A DNA stretch of 64,000 bases, from the NCBI RefSeq assembly GCF_020745735.1, contig NC_083411.1:83252328-83316327 (forward strand), read 5' to 3'. The DNA is from Hemiscyllium ocellatum (Eukaryota). Shown here one piece after another: positions 25,346-38,100 of the stretch (the stretch's first letter is position 1; each line of letters opens with the position of its first letter). Under the pieces are notes generated by a model. That model was not told the origin of the DNA. It did no database searches and worked only from the letters and a program-made list of their open reading frames with translations. The position numbers and the translations under genes are program-made.

Positions 25346-27699
25346 CAACATTGTGGGTTGTTGAACAAAGTATGTATTGATAACCTCAACATGGAAGTCA
25401 GAATGGATTCCTCACAACTTTGGCTCACTGCTGGCTGCAAGGAGCCTCCATGTTACTCAACATCACGAGACATAATCCATAGGCAACAGCCTCATGCACT
25501 CCTTGTCCACAGACACTGGCATCTAGCATTTGCCAATTTGTCACAATTCTTAGAACACTTTCCAATTACTCTTGCATACCTCTCTTGTCTGCCCTGCAGG
25601 ATACCCAAGCAATTAGCATTGAAAGGCAACTGCATGGCCACTTTGCACACACAGATAGGCACCCAGCTCACAGTTTGGAGCAGGCTGCACCTCAAGACTG
25701 CTCACTTGCTTTCTTATCACTTTCTCACCATCATCTTGCTCACAACATAGCAGCCTTGCCTCACTGAGCCAAATTGTACCATGATACAAGCAGGTTGCTT
25801 GCTTGTTAGTTAGCAGTCCTCAGTTAAAGGGGTGTACATCTTGTAGTACAGCCATGTGCTAAATCAAAGTGACACCTGCACTATGTGTGGAAGTCACACT
25901 GCACATATAATAAGCAAGCAGGCAAGGAAGCAGTTGTGTATCAAGTTTTCAGGAGTTGGCATCACCAGAAAGTCTTTGGAGGCAATTGTTAGCTAAGAGC
26001 TTCTGGTGCAGTAAGTCAAAGGCACTTCCAATACCAATATGGGGATTGTCACAGTCAGGGGTCCAGCTGGCTGCTCTCAGTTAGGGTGCCTGAGTCTTTG
26101 CAGTCAGGAACCTGGGCACTTCACCTTTGGAATTGTCCGGTTAGGACACTCAAGGAGGTGAGCTATAATCAGTCTGTCAGGTCAATATAAAAAAAAACTA
26201 GAGGAAAAGGGATTGGGAACCAGGGGGTTTGGGGGTATTGCCATGGGAAGGAGACTCAGGAAACTATTCATCAGGATTGGGGACAGAAACTAGGGTGGAA
26301 GGGAAGATGACAATTGGTGGGAGGGCAGGGTGTGGACATTAATTGCAAGTGGAGGAGAATGATGAAGTCTGGATGAGAATGGGGTAATATTGGAGTAGGA
26401 TTAATTGACACGCAGAACCAGCCAGATGTCCAAGGGGATTAGTGTATGACTACCCTGGCACAGTCACATCAAATGCCAGAGGCGAGGAATGGGAAGGAAA
26501 GTAAGAGAAAGCGGGTTGAAGGATGGGTTTGATAGGGACTAGGGCAAGTGGAAAACCTATGAAGTTCATGATAAGTGCTATTAGGAAGGCAACCTGGATG
26601 TTTTGGGCTCACTGACATTTACAGATGGAGGCTGAAAGCCGGTGGACAATGAACACTCATCATGCTGGAGATCCAAAGTACACAATGGCAAAGAAAATGG
26701 CTGTGACCACACCCACAGTGGGTGGAGTAAATACCTCAACCATTGAGGGAGGAAGCTGCAGATCCACTGATGTGAGGCACCTTGAACGGAAACAACAGTA
26801 CACACAGACCTATCCACTGTCCAGGGCATAGACCTGCAGTGTCCATAACCCCTGGTGATCCTGAGGCTTCAGCTCCCTGAGATTGGTCCAACTTCTTGTC
26901 CCAGACATTGCTGACAACTTCATTTAAACTTAACACTGTTGTGCAAAAGCCCAGAGTAAGAAAATGGATGTTTTAACATGAGTGGCAAGGATGTCAGGAT
27001 AACCTAGAGCTCTATGCATGATGTGTTCATCTTGATTTGACATGTGGCACAAGGCACTTAACAAAGTCTTTGATCATGGTACAACATGAAGGGACATGGA
27101 AGAAGGTGTTGTGCTGGTACACAGTTACAGAGTCAACTCAACAAAATTAGAACAAAAGCAATCAAATTTATACAAACCTGGCACTTCATATACATATAAA
27201 ACCCTCCCAAAAACTTTCATGTAACTCACACTTGGCCAAAAAAAACATACATTTTCAATACTTTCTAGCAGTTTAGTAGGCATTTACAATTCATGCTGTA
27301 AAGACCATATCTCTTACCTTCTCACTCCTGAGTTTGATTATAACACAGTTCAATTTTTTTTACAGCGTGATGGTTTAATTCACAATATGCTTGACCTTGT
27401 GTAAAGCTCTTTGAAAAAAAACATCAAGCAGATCTCTTGAGTTAACAAAGAGAAGGAGTAAGTTTCATTAAAACATGCTGCTTATCAAAAAAGTAAAACC
27501 TGCCATGAATTCCACAAACTACGTACGCTAGCATGCAACAAAAAAGAACTGCTTTTAGAGTGGGGAAGATGGAGTATCAAGAAATTAAAGTCCAAAAGTG
27601 CAAAGAATTATACAACGCCCATTTTGTTAGTGGCTGTAAGGTCCAGTGGCATTGTTACTTAAATAAACTGATAGTCTCCAGAAGCACAATGTCTTTCAG

Positions 27700-27701
<2 letters not shown>

Positions 27702-27786
<85 letters not shown>
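27702..27786. repeat. Perfect (TG)~42 microsatellite
   Basis: Directly visible. Confidence 0.98.
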
Positions 27787-27790
<4 letters not shown>

Positions 27791-30700
27791 TCATCATTAC
27801 TGAACTCCATTTCAAAATCTCACATGCTTCGCTACACATGGGAAATACTGTAGTAGCGAATGACATTACATGTAAATGTCATGATGTCTTGCATTCTGAA
27901 ATCATGCACATGAGCATACATGCATAGTTGCCCTCAGTTGTGAATGTCAACAAACACTGTCTTTCTACCAAAAAAAAATCTCAAGTATTAAAACAAGCCT
28001 TTGTAATTAAAGGTTAATATCTTGTCTATTTTGTCAGTGCACATTAACTATGGCAGTAAAAATGACCACCTCTATGTCTTTTTTTGGTCACTATATCTTT
28101 CCAGATGATCTTGGGTGATCTTTGATAACTGGCTTTCTAGTTTAAATAATAATGTATAAAGATAGTGACTGATGTACCATTCAGCTGGGCTTCTCAATTT
28201 CTTACTTATCAAATGGGACCTACGATGGAGCTAGGCTCTAATTCTACAGAACAGTCAGTTTTTGACAGGTGCAGGGAACGATTGTTGTAACACAGGTAGC
28301 TTTGAAATTCTACAGCATAGAAATAGTTTGCAATGCCAATCACTTTATCTGCAAGCTTATACTAATAGTAACCTTATAATATAAAATAGTGTAATATGCA
28401 CTCTATCAAAATTGATGACATTTTTGTAATCAATCTTGACGTGGATTATCTACCATAATACATCAGTAAGTCTGAATTGGGCAAAAGGAAATTTTACTGG
28501 TGATCAAGTATACAGCCTGAAGTTAATGATTTTCACCTGTGACCTACAGAGACGGGGGGATATTCCAACTAGGACACATATTAAACATGAAGTGCTTAGT
28601 ACAACAGACCATTGATATATAAAAAAATTCATTTCAAGGCCTAGAGAATGTTAGTACAACCCTCTAATACCAGCCCAGCAACTGCACCAAGAACTATTGC
28701 TAGCTGCATGTACCATATAATTACACAGAAGGGTTTATTACTTCTTGAGCAGAAACACTGAAGGAGATGGTGCATCATTGCAACATGAGAATTAAGTTAC
28801 TCAGTACAGAATGGTGACAGAGAACACACCAATTAGTATGCAGCTAGAGAAAGGAGGCTGCAACTTATTTCAAATAATAAGAGAAGAATTAAAAGTTAAT
28901 TCACTCATTGTTGCTTGATTTGATTTGATTTGTTTCAATTTTCATGTGTATTTTACAGTAAGAATACAACAAAATACAGTGAAAAGCTGTCATTTGTCAC
29001 CGTGAAGTGGTACCAGGAAGGATAGCTTGAAGAGAGTCCATCAGTCCTGAGCCAGCTCATCACGCCACCCACCCCCCCACCCCCACCCCCAACAGGCATT
29101 CCCAACTGTGACATCAATTTCCGAAAGCTTATCTCAGTTCTCAATAAAGGACTGAGTTCTCATTTTCGCTATTAAACATTATCTTTACAGGATGAAAATC
29201 ATACTGCTAAAGGAGTCCAATCGACAATTACATTTCAGGTTCCTGCATCTGTTCCATGATTGTTATACATATAAATGCAGGTTCAGTATATTTCTCTTGG
29301 TTAAAGTCACCAAAATCTCCTCACGGCATGTGATAAGAATGTGCACAGAAACAAACAGTTACGAGGCATATGTTGGCTCAAACAGTTCTCGGAAATGATA
29401 GATTTCTTCTCACTAGTTAATGTCACAGTGAAGATAGACCATATTTAAATCATCTTACAGGATGTGGAAAATGCTCCTTAATTGACTAAACCTCTTAGAG
29501 CACTGTGTAGTAGTATGTCGAGTCATGGAATTGCCCTGTAACTGCTTCTGCACTCTCTTTCATTACATCTGTTCTTTATGAGTCTACTTGCCTCAAGTTA
29601 CCCTTCTTATGCTCTTAATTTTCTCAGTGAATAAGGCATCCATAAATTAACTTAGGGCACTTCCTGCAACAGTTATCTACTTGCTGCCCTTCCCCAATCC
29701 CATGAAGACTATAGTTCCTTGGTTCTTTGCTTTACTATTTCCAAACAATATCTCCAAAAGCATTATATATTGTGACATCATACAATTTCCATTTATCAAT
29801 GGTAGAAATCAAAAAGGAACAAGTTTAAATACACAAATCTTCCTCAATAACATAATGAAGTGTATGCTAGAAAATTCAGCAGATTGGCAGTGCTGAGCAT
29901 TAAAAATCTCGTATGGTGCTATCAATCAATGAGTGAAATCTAGCCCAGTACTACGTTTTTGTCAGTTATCCAGATGGCTTGTGTTTCTATCGCTCTTTTT
30001 TTTAAAAAAAAATCATAACTTGGAAAGATCTTAAACAAATGTCAAGTAATTGATTTACTCCCAAGAAACTAGAGAGAAAAATAAATGTTTGCTTTTTTCT
30101 GAATATTTTCCTGAGTTTCTTCCTGCCTGTATTGCATTAATAGCAAATTATTTTAATACTCTCATCATCGGTCTTCTCACTTTCTGTTCTTCCAACTATG
30201 TTCTAAGTTCTTGTTTGAACCATTGAAATGTTTTTTTCTGTGCCAAGCAATATTTATTTTGTTTGAACTTTTAACTGCCTTTCTTCAACATGACAACAGT
30301 TAAGCAATTCTTACTAAAGTAATTCAGTTTGTTCTACACACAATATCCTTCTGTCTCGAGGTATCAAATGATGCAACAAAGTCCCAGAGAGACCCAAAAA
30401 CCATTCTAAAACAGTGAGCCAGGGTTCACATTCCTGGAGTCATGATCAGCTAAGGCTCTCTTTACATTTATATTGTAAACTTCTGTGACTCAAACTCAAC
30501 TGAAGTGCTACCTGGATACAAACTACTCCTCAGGGACTATGTGATATATATGCACCAGCACAAAACCGCAGACAAAGCCGAAATATTTATTAAATACTGA
30601 TCTTCACACTTCAGGCAAACATTCAGACCTACTTGATGAATAATGAACTGCTTTGGTTGGGACAATTATCCCTCTCCTGCCTTGTGCTGAATTGAGAAAA

Positions 30701-32527
30701 TTTTTGACTTACTGCAAAGCAGTAGATCAGGGCATGTCTTAGTCTCTTTCTCATTTCAACATTTATTTTGATTATTGTCATTATGATTCTCACATTAAGA
30801 TTTTTCTTGTTGCTCTGCAGATTTAGTTATTTTCTAATGTTTGACTGTGTTAAATTGTTAATTTAGGCCAAGGGTTCATGTTATGTATTCATATAATTTT
30901 CATCTATTTACTTTTTTTTAGCAAGAGGAGATAGCTGTGTGTAATTGCCTTCTCATTATTGGATAGGTTAACTATTTACACAGTTGCCATTTACTGAATC
31001 ATAGATTTCCTGAGTGACTATTATACCTTTAATTCATGCTTGTTAAATGTGTTTTATGAATAATAAAAGATTTAAAAAAACACAATAGCACAAGACAGGC
31101 AACCAGAATGCTGTCAAAGGCAGCAGGATTTAAGAAAAAAGATAAATAAATAGAATGGTTTCTTCAGTGGGTTCTGCATAACAAAATCGTAAAACTGGAA
31201 GAGTGCTGGATCTAATCTTATTACTGAAGTAGTTCCATCACTGTGCAATTTTCTTCACTGCAACTCTGTCACATACTTATTGTCAACTCCCAACACCTGG
31301 CATTGTTGAGCATCTTCCAGAGCAACTTCGCCTTAATTTACAGTTTGGAATTTAAATTATGCTGCAGCATCCAAAAAGACCAAAACAACCGTTTCTTGTC
31401 TACAACAATGTGTCACTAAGCAAAGCCTGAGGCTGGCTCATATGGCACTGCAAGGAAAAGTTTAAAGACGCTTCAGTTATGATATTACACTCTGTGAACG
31501 AAAACCTAGCTTTTCAGCCCTGAAAGGAAGCGAGTTATTGAATGGTATGATCCATTTCCACTGACTGTGATAGCTTTGGCAGTGAGTGCCACAGTTTACT
31601 GACCTTGCTAAATGTCAGAGGTAATGGGAGATAGTCTTAATTTGCAACAATGCTCTAGTTTGCTTCCCAGCTACTGCAGCCAATGTCCTCTCCAGAAAGA
31701 GAATATTGCAACCCAATATCTAGATACATGGGGTGAGCAATACCAATCACAACTTGTTCATCTACATTCCTGGAAGTACAATTGAAATGTAGGGAACAAT
31801 GGAAGACTGAAATGAAAAATATTTCAATGTCATGATACAGTGTCTTCTGAAACCTGGATTGTTATCCTTATGATAAAATGTTGAATGACTGCACTTGCTG
31901 TATTTGAAATAAAATATTCTAGGACAAAGCCAAGGACAAAACAAGAGCTCTAAAGGATTTGAAGCAGTCAGTTATTTAGATCAGATTAATGAACAGCACA
32001 CAGCTTTCATAGTGAAATATATTACTGTAATTATTACAACCTGATTCCAGTCTAATGTTCTGTTTAAGTGATGGAGTTTTAAAACCACTTGATATTAAAG
32101 TTAGTGACTATTTGTTACAAATGCTTTGGCCTGAATTTTCACCATGATGGACAGGGTGACCAGCTTAGCCAAAATGGTGTCATGCCAAAATCCCTACTGC
32201 AAATGTCCTGTCCCTATACTCAGCACCAACCATCCACACTGTGTAAAGTGGGGGAGAATGAAGCTGAGCAGTGATATACATACCTGGGAATCACAGAGGC
32301 AGATGCACATGTCAAAATGCAGCTGCCTTCAAGCAGACCTAATTCTGGTCAGCGAAATGTCCAAACTATGGCTTGTGGGCTTTACACTTTTCTTGGAACA
32401 GATAATGTATCCATAGGGAAAAGTAAGAGACTACACTGGATAGGGCTATAGAGTCCTTTGGGAGAGGAAAGGGACTGTTTGAGCACTAACAAGATGCTCT
32501 TTGGGGAAAGTCAAATGTCCTGTAGGA

Positions 32528-32830
32528 TTCATAAAGTCATACAGTATAGAAACAGGCCTTTTGAAAGACCATGTCAATGTAGAACAACAAGTCCCAAATG
32601 ACACTAATCTTATTTACCTGCACTTAGTCCATAAGCTACTATGCCCTGGCATTTTAAGTGCTCATCCAGATGCTTCTTAAATGTTGTGAGTGGACCTATG
32701 TCTACCACCTTGTCAGTCATTACGTTCCATATTATACCATTCTCTGAATGAATTTTCTTTACTCAGGTCTCCTCGAAACCACTTATACCTTACTGTAAAT
32801 GTATGCCATCTGGTCTTAGACATATCTGAT
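32528..32830 (-). mobile_element. CR1 3' end, old
   Basis: catccagatgcttcttaaatgttg...acagtatagaaacaggcc. Confidence 0.7.
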
Positions 32831-33564
32831 TGTTAGGAGCAGACATGAATGTGCATAAAAAAGTGAATAAAATCATTGGAACTGCCAAACTGTCAAGGAT
32901 TTTTAATTTCCTTCGCTCATGAGTTCAATCAGTTAACCTAAACCTGAAAGTTATCTTTATAGAACTTATTCTGCATAACTGATTTTACAACCTATTATCC
33001 TCACCGTGGTGTGCTTGTCAGTTCACAGTTTGATCGACAGTTCCAAGTCTTTCATACGCAGCTAAGAATACATATTTGTTTTAATAAGGAATTGAGTGTA
33101 TGAATGAAATGCTTACTTTGAGAAGGGGTTGCATAGTTAAGGAAGTCAAATGTAGCTGATTTTCATTTTGTTCTTTTCCTGACAAATCCCAAATCACTAA
33201 GGTAAATCTTTTGCATAGAACACTTATCAATCCAACATCTCCTGTGTCTATCTCTGCACTATTGTTCTCTCTGTTCACACCCTCCAGAACAATTTCTCCC
33301 AGTCAGGTTTGGGAGTTGAGGAATTGCTTAGTTTTGTGAAAATTCAGGCATTTGATTCAAACCATTTGTATTGATCTGTTATTTCTCTTCATAACAACGA
33401 AGGGCAGTGGACTGAAGGGCATTTTTAAAAAATTCTGGATGCATACACATAGCTAAGTCTAAAATACTGAAATCAAGCTTTACAAAATTTGACCTTGTGA
33501 TCTTCATATCTAGAAATGACCTTAAATCATCTTTTAAAGAGGTGTTTCCTTTAGGATATAAATT

Positions 33565-33863
33565 GGATTACTTACAGTGGAAACAGGCCCTTCGGCCCAA
33601 CAAGTCCACACTGACCCTCCGAAGAGCAACCCACCCAGACCGATTCCCCTACATTTACCCCTTTACCTAACACTATGGGCAATTTAGCATGGCCAGTTCA
33701 TGTAACCTGCACATCTTTGGACTGTGGGAGGAAACCGGATGAAACCCATGTAGACGCGGGGAGAATGTGCCAACTCCACACAGACAGTTGCCGAGGCAGG
33801 ATTTGAACCCTGGTCTCTGGCACTGTGAGGCATCAGTGCTAACCACTGTGCCACCATGCCACC
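33565..33863 (-). mobile_element. HE1-type V-SINE
   Basis: Full reverse-complement match to 14480-14785. Confidence 0.9.
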
Positions 33864-34437
33864 CTTACATATGCCCAAATGTGATGGGTGGTAGAGAAGT
33901 GGCTATAGAGGAAATAATGTTCATGCTGTATTTTGCTTTGGCAGGGTAAGGTCATGTCTGAACAACATTGCAAAACCTGTCATTGGATGATATGAGACAT
34001 TTTGCTGATGTTTTTCAGTGGTTGGCTATCTAACCTCAATTTCTCCACTAATTATACTGCACTCCTTAAAAATGAGTGAGCTGGTCATGAATAATCCAAC
34101 TCCCAATTCTCATTCATCTTTGATTTACAGATCATCAATCAAAGCAGGAGGGTTTTAACACCTTTGGGTCAAGTGACCTTAGCTAAAATAAGGATATTCA
34201 GATTACTGGGAGCTTTGCACAATGAGTCTCATTTTCATCAGTATTGAATAGTATTTTTTGGAAGTACTCAGGCTTATATTTCAAGGCTTTAGTAATACAT
34301 TTATATTCAATGAGTTGTAGGAAGTGACCGATGTAACTAAATTGGATGTTACTTGATTATTTAACCTATAGAGGCATATGAATATGTTAAGGTATCTAAA
34401 GTTAGACTGTCTTCTAGTAAGTGTAAGAGGAAGGTTT

Positions 34438-34729
34438 GGGTGCAGTACAGTGGCTCAGTGGTTAGCACTGATGCCTCACAGCACTAGGGACCTGGGTTTG
34501 ATTTCCGCTTCAAGCGACTGTCTGTGTGGAGTTTGCACATTCTCCCCATGTCTGCACGGGTTTCTTCTGGGTGCTCTGATTTCCTCCCACAATCCAAAGA
34601 TGTGCAGGTCAGGTGAATTGGCTGTGCTAAGTTGTGCATAGCGTTCAGGGTAAATGTAGGGGATTGAGTCTGGGTGAGTTACTCTTCAGAGAGTCACTGT
34701 GGACTTTTTGGGCTGAAGGGTCTGTTTCC
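34438..34729 (+). mobile_element. HE1-type V-SINE (tail resumes ~35040-35060)
   Basis: Head and V-domain; terminal taatctaatct displaced by the next element. Confidence 0.85.
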
Positions 34730-34737
34730 AGAGAGAA

Positions 34738-35037
34738 GATTAGATTACTTACAGTGTGGAAACAGGCCCTTCGGCCCATTAAGTCCACACCGATCCGCCG
34801 AAGCGCAACCCACCCATTCCCTACATTTATCCCTTCACCTAACACTACGGGCAATTTAGCATGGCCAATTCACCTAACCTGCACATCATTGGACTGTGGG
34901 AGGAAACCGGAGCACCCGGAGGAAACCCACACAGACACAGGGAGAATGTGCAAACTCCACACAGTCAGTCGCCTGAGTCGGGAATTGAACCCGGGTCTCT
35001 GGCACTGTGAGGCAACAGTGCTAATCACCATGCCACC
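34738..35037 (-). mobile_element. HE1-type V-SINE, young, nested in the tail of the previous copy
   Basis: High identity to the reverse complement of 14480-14785. Confidence 0.9.
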
Positions 35038-35760
35038 CACAAGTAGGTAATCTAATCTAAAGAGGTCATTCAGTTTCATAAAGAATTTCATGTGTCTTGA
35101 AAATGTAGAAGAATATAAAATACCTAACACAGCACAAAGTACAGTTTAGGAGTCAACTGTGAAAAATTACAGCACGAGTCCAGTTATCGAATTTAGGAAG
35201 AAAAACAAGAGCTCAAAGATTTACCTCCCTTAACTTTAATGTTGACTCCCTAACCAATATAGTTTCTAATGTATGCTATGATCTGGAATGAACTAAGAAT
35301 ATTGGGAAAGCAAGTTATGCACTTGGATTATGTACTTGCAAAGGAAAAACAAATGCAGGGCCATTGGAAAAGAGCAGTGACATGGGATTAATCAGATAGC
35401 GCTTTCAAAAAAAAGCACAAAGAAAATAGAATGAAAAGCCTTGTTCTGAGGTATATTCCATAATTGGAGGAGACATACTTTCACAGAGCTTTGTCTTAAA
35501 TAGGATAGTTAAAATGCAGCCAGGCAAACACGAAGCCAGGTGATTGTACTCATCTCTGGATGAAACCCAAACTGCAAACAAATAATCTCAACATTTGCTA
35601 TTGCCAAATGAATATTTTGTAAGTGCATCCAAAATTATTAATTTTGTTTACACTTCATGGTTGATCACCACTAGTTCTCAAGGGAAACGAGGAATTGAGA
35701 ATAAATGCTGGCCCAGACAGTGAACTCAAATCTCTGAAGAATGAAAAAAAACAAACAAAT

Positions 35761-36120
35761 GGGGCAGCGTGGTGGCTCAGTGATTAGAACTGTTGCCTCA
35801 CAACGCCAGGGATCTGGGTTCGATTCCAGCCTCGGGCGATCGTCTGTGTGGAGTTTGCACGTTTTCTTCATGTCTGCATGGGTTTCCTTCGAGTGTTCCG
35901 GTTTCCTCCTATAATCCAAAGATGTGCAGGCTAGGTGAATTTGTCATGCTAAGTTGTTTGTAATTCAGGGAAGTGTAGTTAAGAGCATTAATAAGGGGTA
36001 AATCTAGAGCAACAGGGCAGGAGAAATGGGTCCAGGTGGGTTACCCTTTGCAGGGTCGGTGTGGACTAGTTGGACCAAATGGCCTGTTTCCACACTGTAG
36101 GGTTTCAATGATTTCTATGA
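35761..36120 (+). mobile_element. HE1-type V-SINE
   Basis: Head, V-domain, gcctgtttccacactgta tail. Confidence 0.85.
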
Positions 36121-37169
36121 AACTGTTATCAAGTAGGAGTTTATTTTTTTGTATGGCCAAGTTAAAAATTAAGTATCCCTATCTGATTGTGTTTTTAATG
36201 AATTAATAAAGTCCATAGATTCCTGTGAATTAACCAGATTTGCAACCCAGCTTTAAGAATGTAGTATGAATTTCAAACAAAATATCTGCCGCTTATTCAA
36301 TTCTGATGGTGCCTTTGGAATTTGAAAATCGTGAGTGAATATTCAGTAAGAATGTTCAAAGTGCAACTTGAAACATTACTTACAGGTAGATGCAAGATGT
36401 GATTCCTACAGATTTGTTACTTCAGAGAAAAAAAAATACAAATTAATCTTGAAAAGCCATAGCAATCTTTGAAAAATAAAAACATCAAAAATTATTATTT
36501 GTTGCAAACCAGTTGCAGTTTTGCTTTTGATTGCCTGATGGAACATATGCTAAAAGGCACACAAACTAATGAGTATGTAATTATAAAATAGAAGCGTTAA
36601 CTTGAAGGAATAACGGATTGTTCAAAGAACAAACAAATCATTAAACTGACAGAGTCATGACCGATCAAAACACTTCTTGTACGCATATATGACTTCTAAT
36701 AAGTTATGTTTATTAAATTATGTTTCACTGCATTTGTGGAATCAGAGTTATTTTATTCAGGGTACACTGGAAACTTAGTTATCCAACACTACAAAGAACA
36801 AATTATACAGGACCTATAACATTGCGAAACAAGTCAAGTATATTCAAAATAAATTTATCAAACAAACTTCAGCACTGAATAAAATAAGGAGATTTTAGGA
36901 TCATTGTCCAAAAGTTTGATCAAAGAGGTAAATTTGGATAAGCATTTTAAAACAGGGAGGTAAGCAATCCAAGCATGTCAATAAAGGGAGGAAACTTGAG
37001 GCATCATGACTTTTACATTTGAAAGGATGGTTATTAATAATAGTGATTAAAGTTAAAGACTTTAATCTTTAGGGTTAGTTTTGTGAACATGGAGAAGATT
37101 ATGGAACTATGACGGAAAAAATATCATGAAAGGATTTGCAAGCAAAAGTATTAATTTTAAAATTGAGAC

Positions 37170-37700
37170 ATTCTCCACTTGTGAACTGAGGACTATTGTC
37201 ATCCTCCATAGTTTCTAGAATACCCTAACTACCAAAGTTGACTTTCAAGCACTGTACAACCTCAACAGTAGTCATTGAAGTAATCTGGTCTACTTCCTCA
37301 ATTGTCAGAATAGTACTGTGCAGTACAGGACAATTAGTCACTGCAAGAACAAAGAGATACACTTCCAGTTTTGTCAATGTTCTATCTGAGATTCGTATCA
37401 CCCATGGCTCTTTACCTTGATTTTCATTCCAAGCAATGCACTGATGGATTTAGTCCATGATTTCACTGCTCACGTTTGGTCAGTAGAGGACTTCTCTTGT
37501 CCTTCTCAGACTAGACCCAGTTCATTGGTCACTTGCATGGATATTCTTTATCATCTCTCCTCTTAATTCCTCAGTTATAGTAGCTCTATTCTCTTTGTAC
37601 AACATGTTATCTTGCACTGTCATGATATTTGATTATGCCAACTAGGCTGTTATCATCACAGGGGTTTTCTTGATTCTTTCTGAACATCCATTCATTTCTA
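37170..37700 (-). pseudogene. Gypsy/Ty3 LTR-retrotransposon integrase relic
   Basis: MTVQDNMLYKENRATITEELRGEMIKNIHAS...SSLRRTREVLY*PNVSSEI...QCIAW (decayed HHCC region) and GILETMEDDNSPQFTS (DNGPQF-like). Confidence 0.75.
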
Positions 37701-38100
37701 ATCCTTGCAGCATTTGGAAAAAGTGCATTGGTGACATTGGAGTAGGTCCATGGTTATGCTTGGTGAGAAATTATAATATATGCCTTTGCCTTCTGCAGGT
37801 TCTGGCAGACCAAGACTCTCACTCTGATCAACTTGCTACACACGCATTGGAGGAATTTATGCTTTGATAATCAATCTGTTTAGTCACATGATGGATTTTA
37901 TTCCATTGCTATGAAGCCCTGAACTGAGGCTTGAATTGCAGAACTTCTAACCTAGAAGTAGGGATCTTACCACTGCACCACAAGTCATCCCAATAAATTA
38001 ACTTTCCCAGAAAATGAGCTCATGCTACAGGGACTGCTAAAGTCTTGTCCTATCATAGTTTTTCGAGGCAGAGGGAAATTCTCCTGTTTGAGATGATTGT

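Noticed and set aside
25358-26936. Moderately GC-rich ORFs, perhaps a further Harbinger-like relic
   Set aside because: Could not be aligned by eye to the three Myb/SANT copies or to any known domain
27533-27927. Cys/Val-rich ORFs
   Set aside because: Translation of the (TG)n microsatellite
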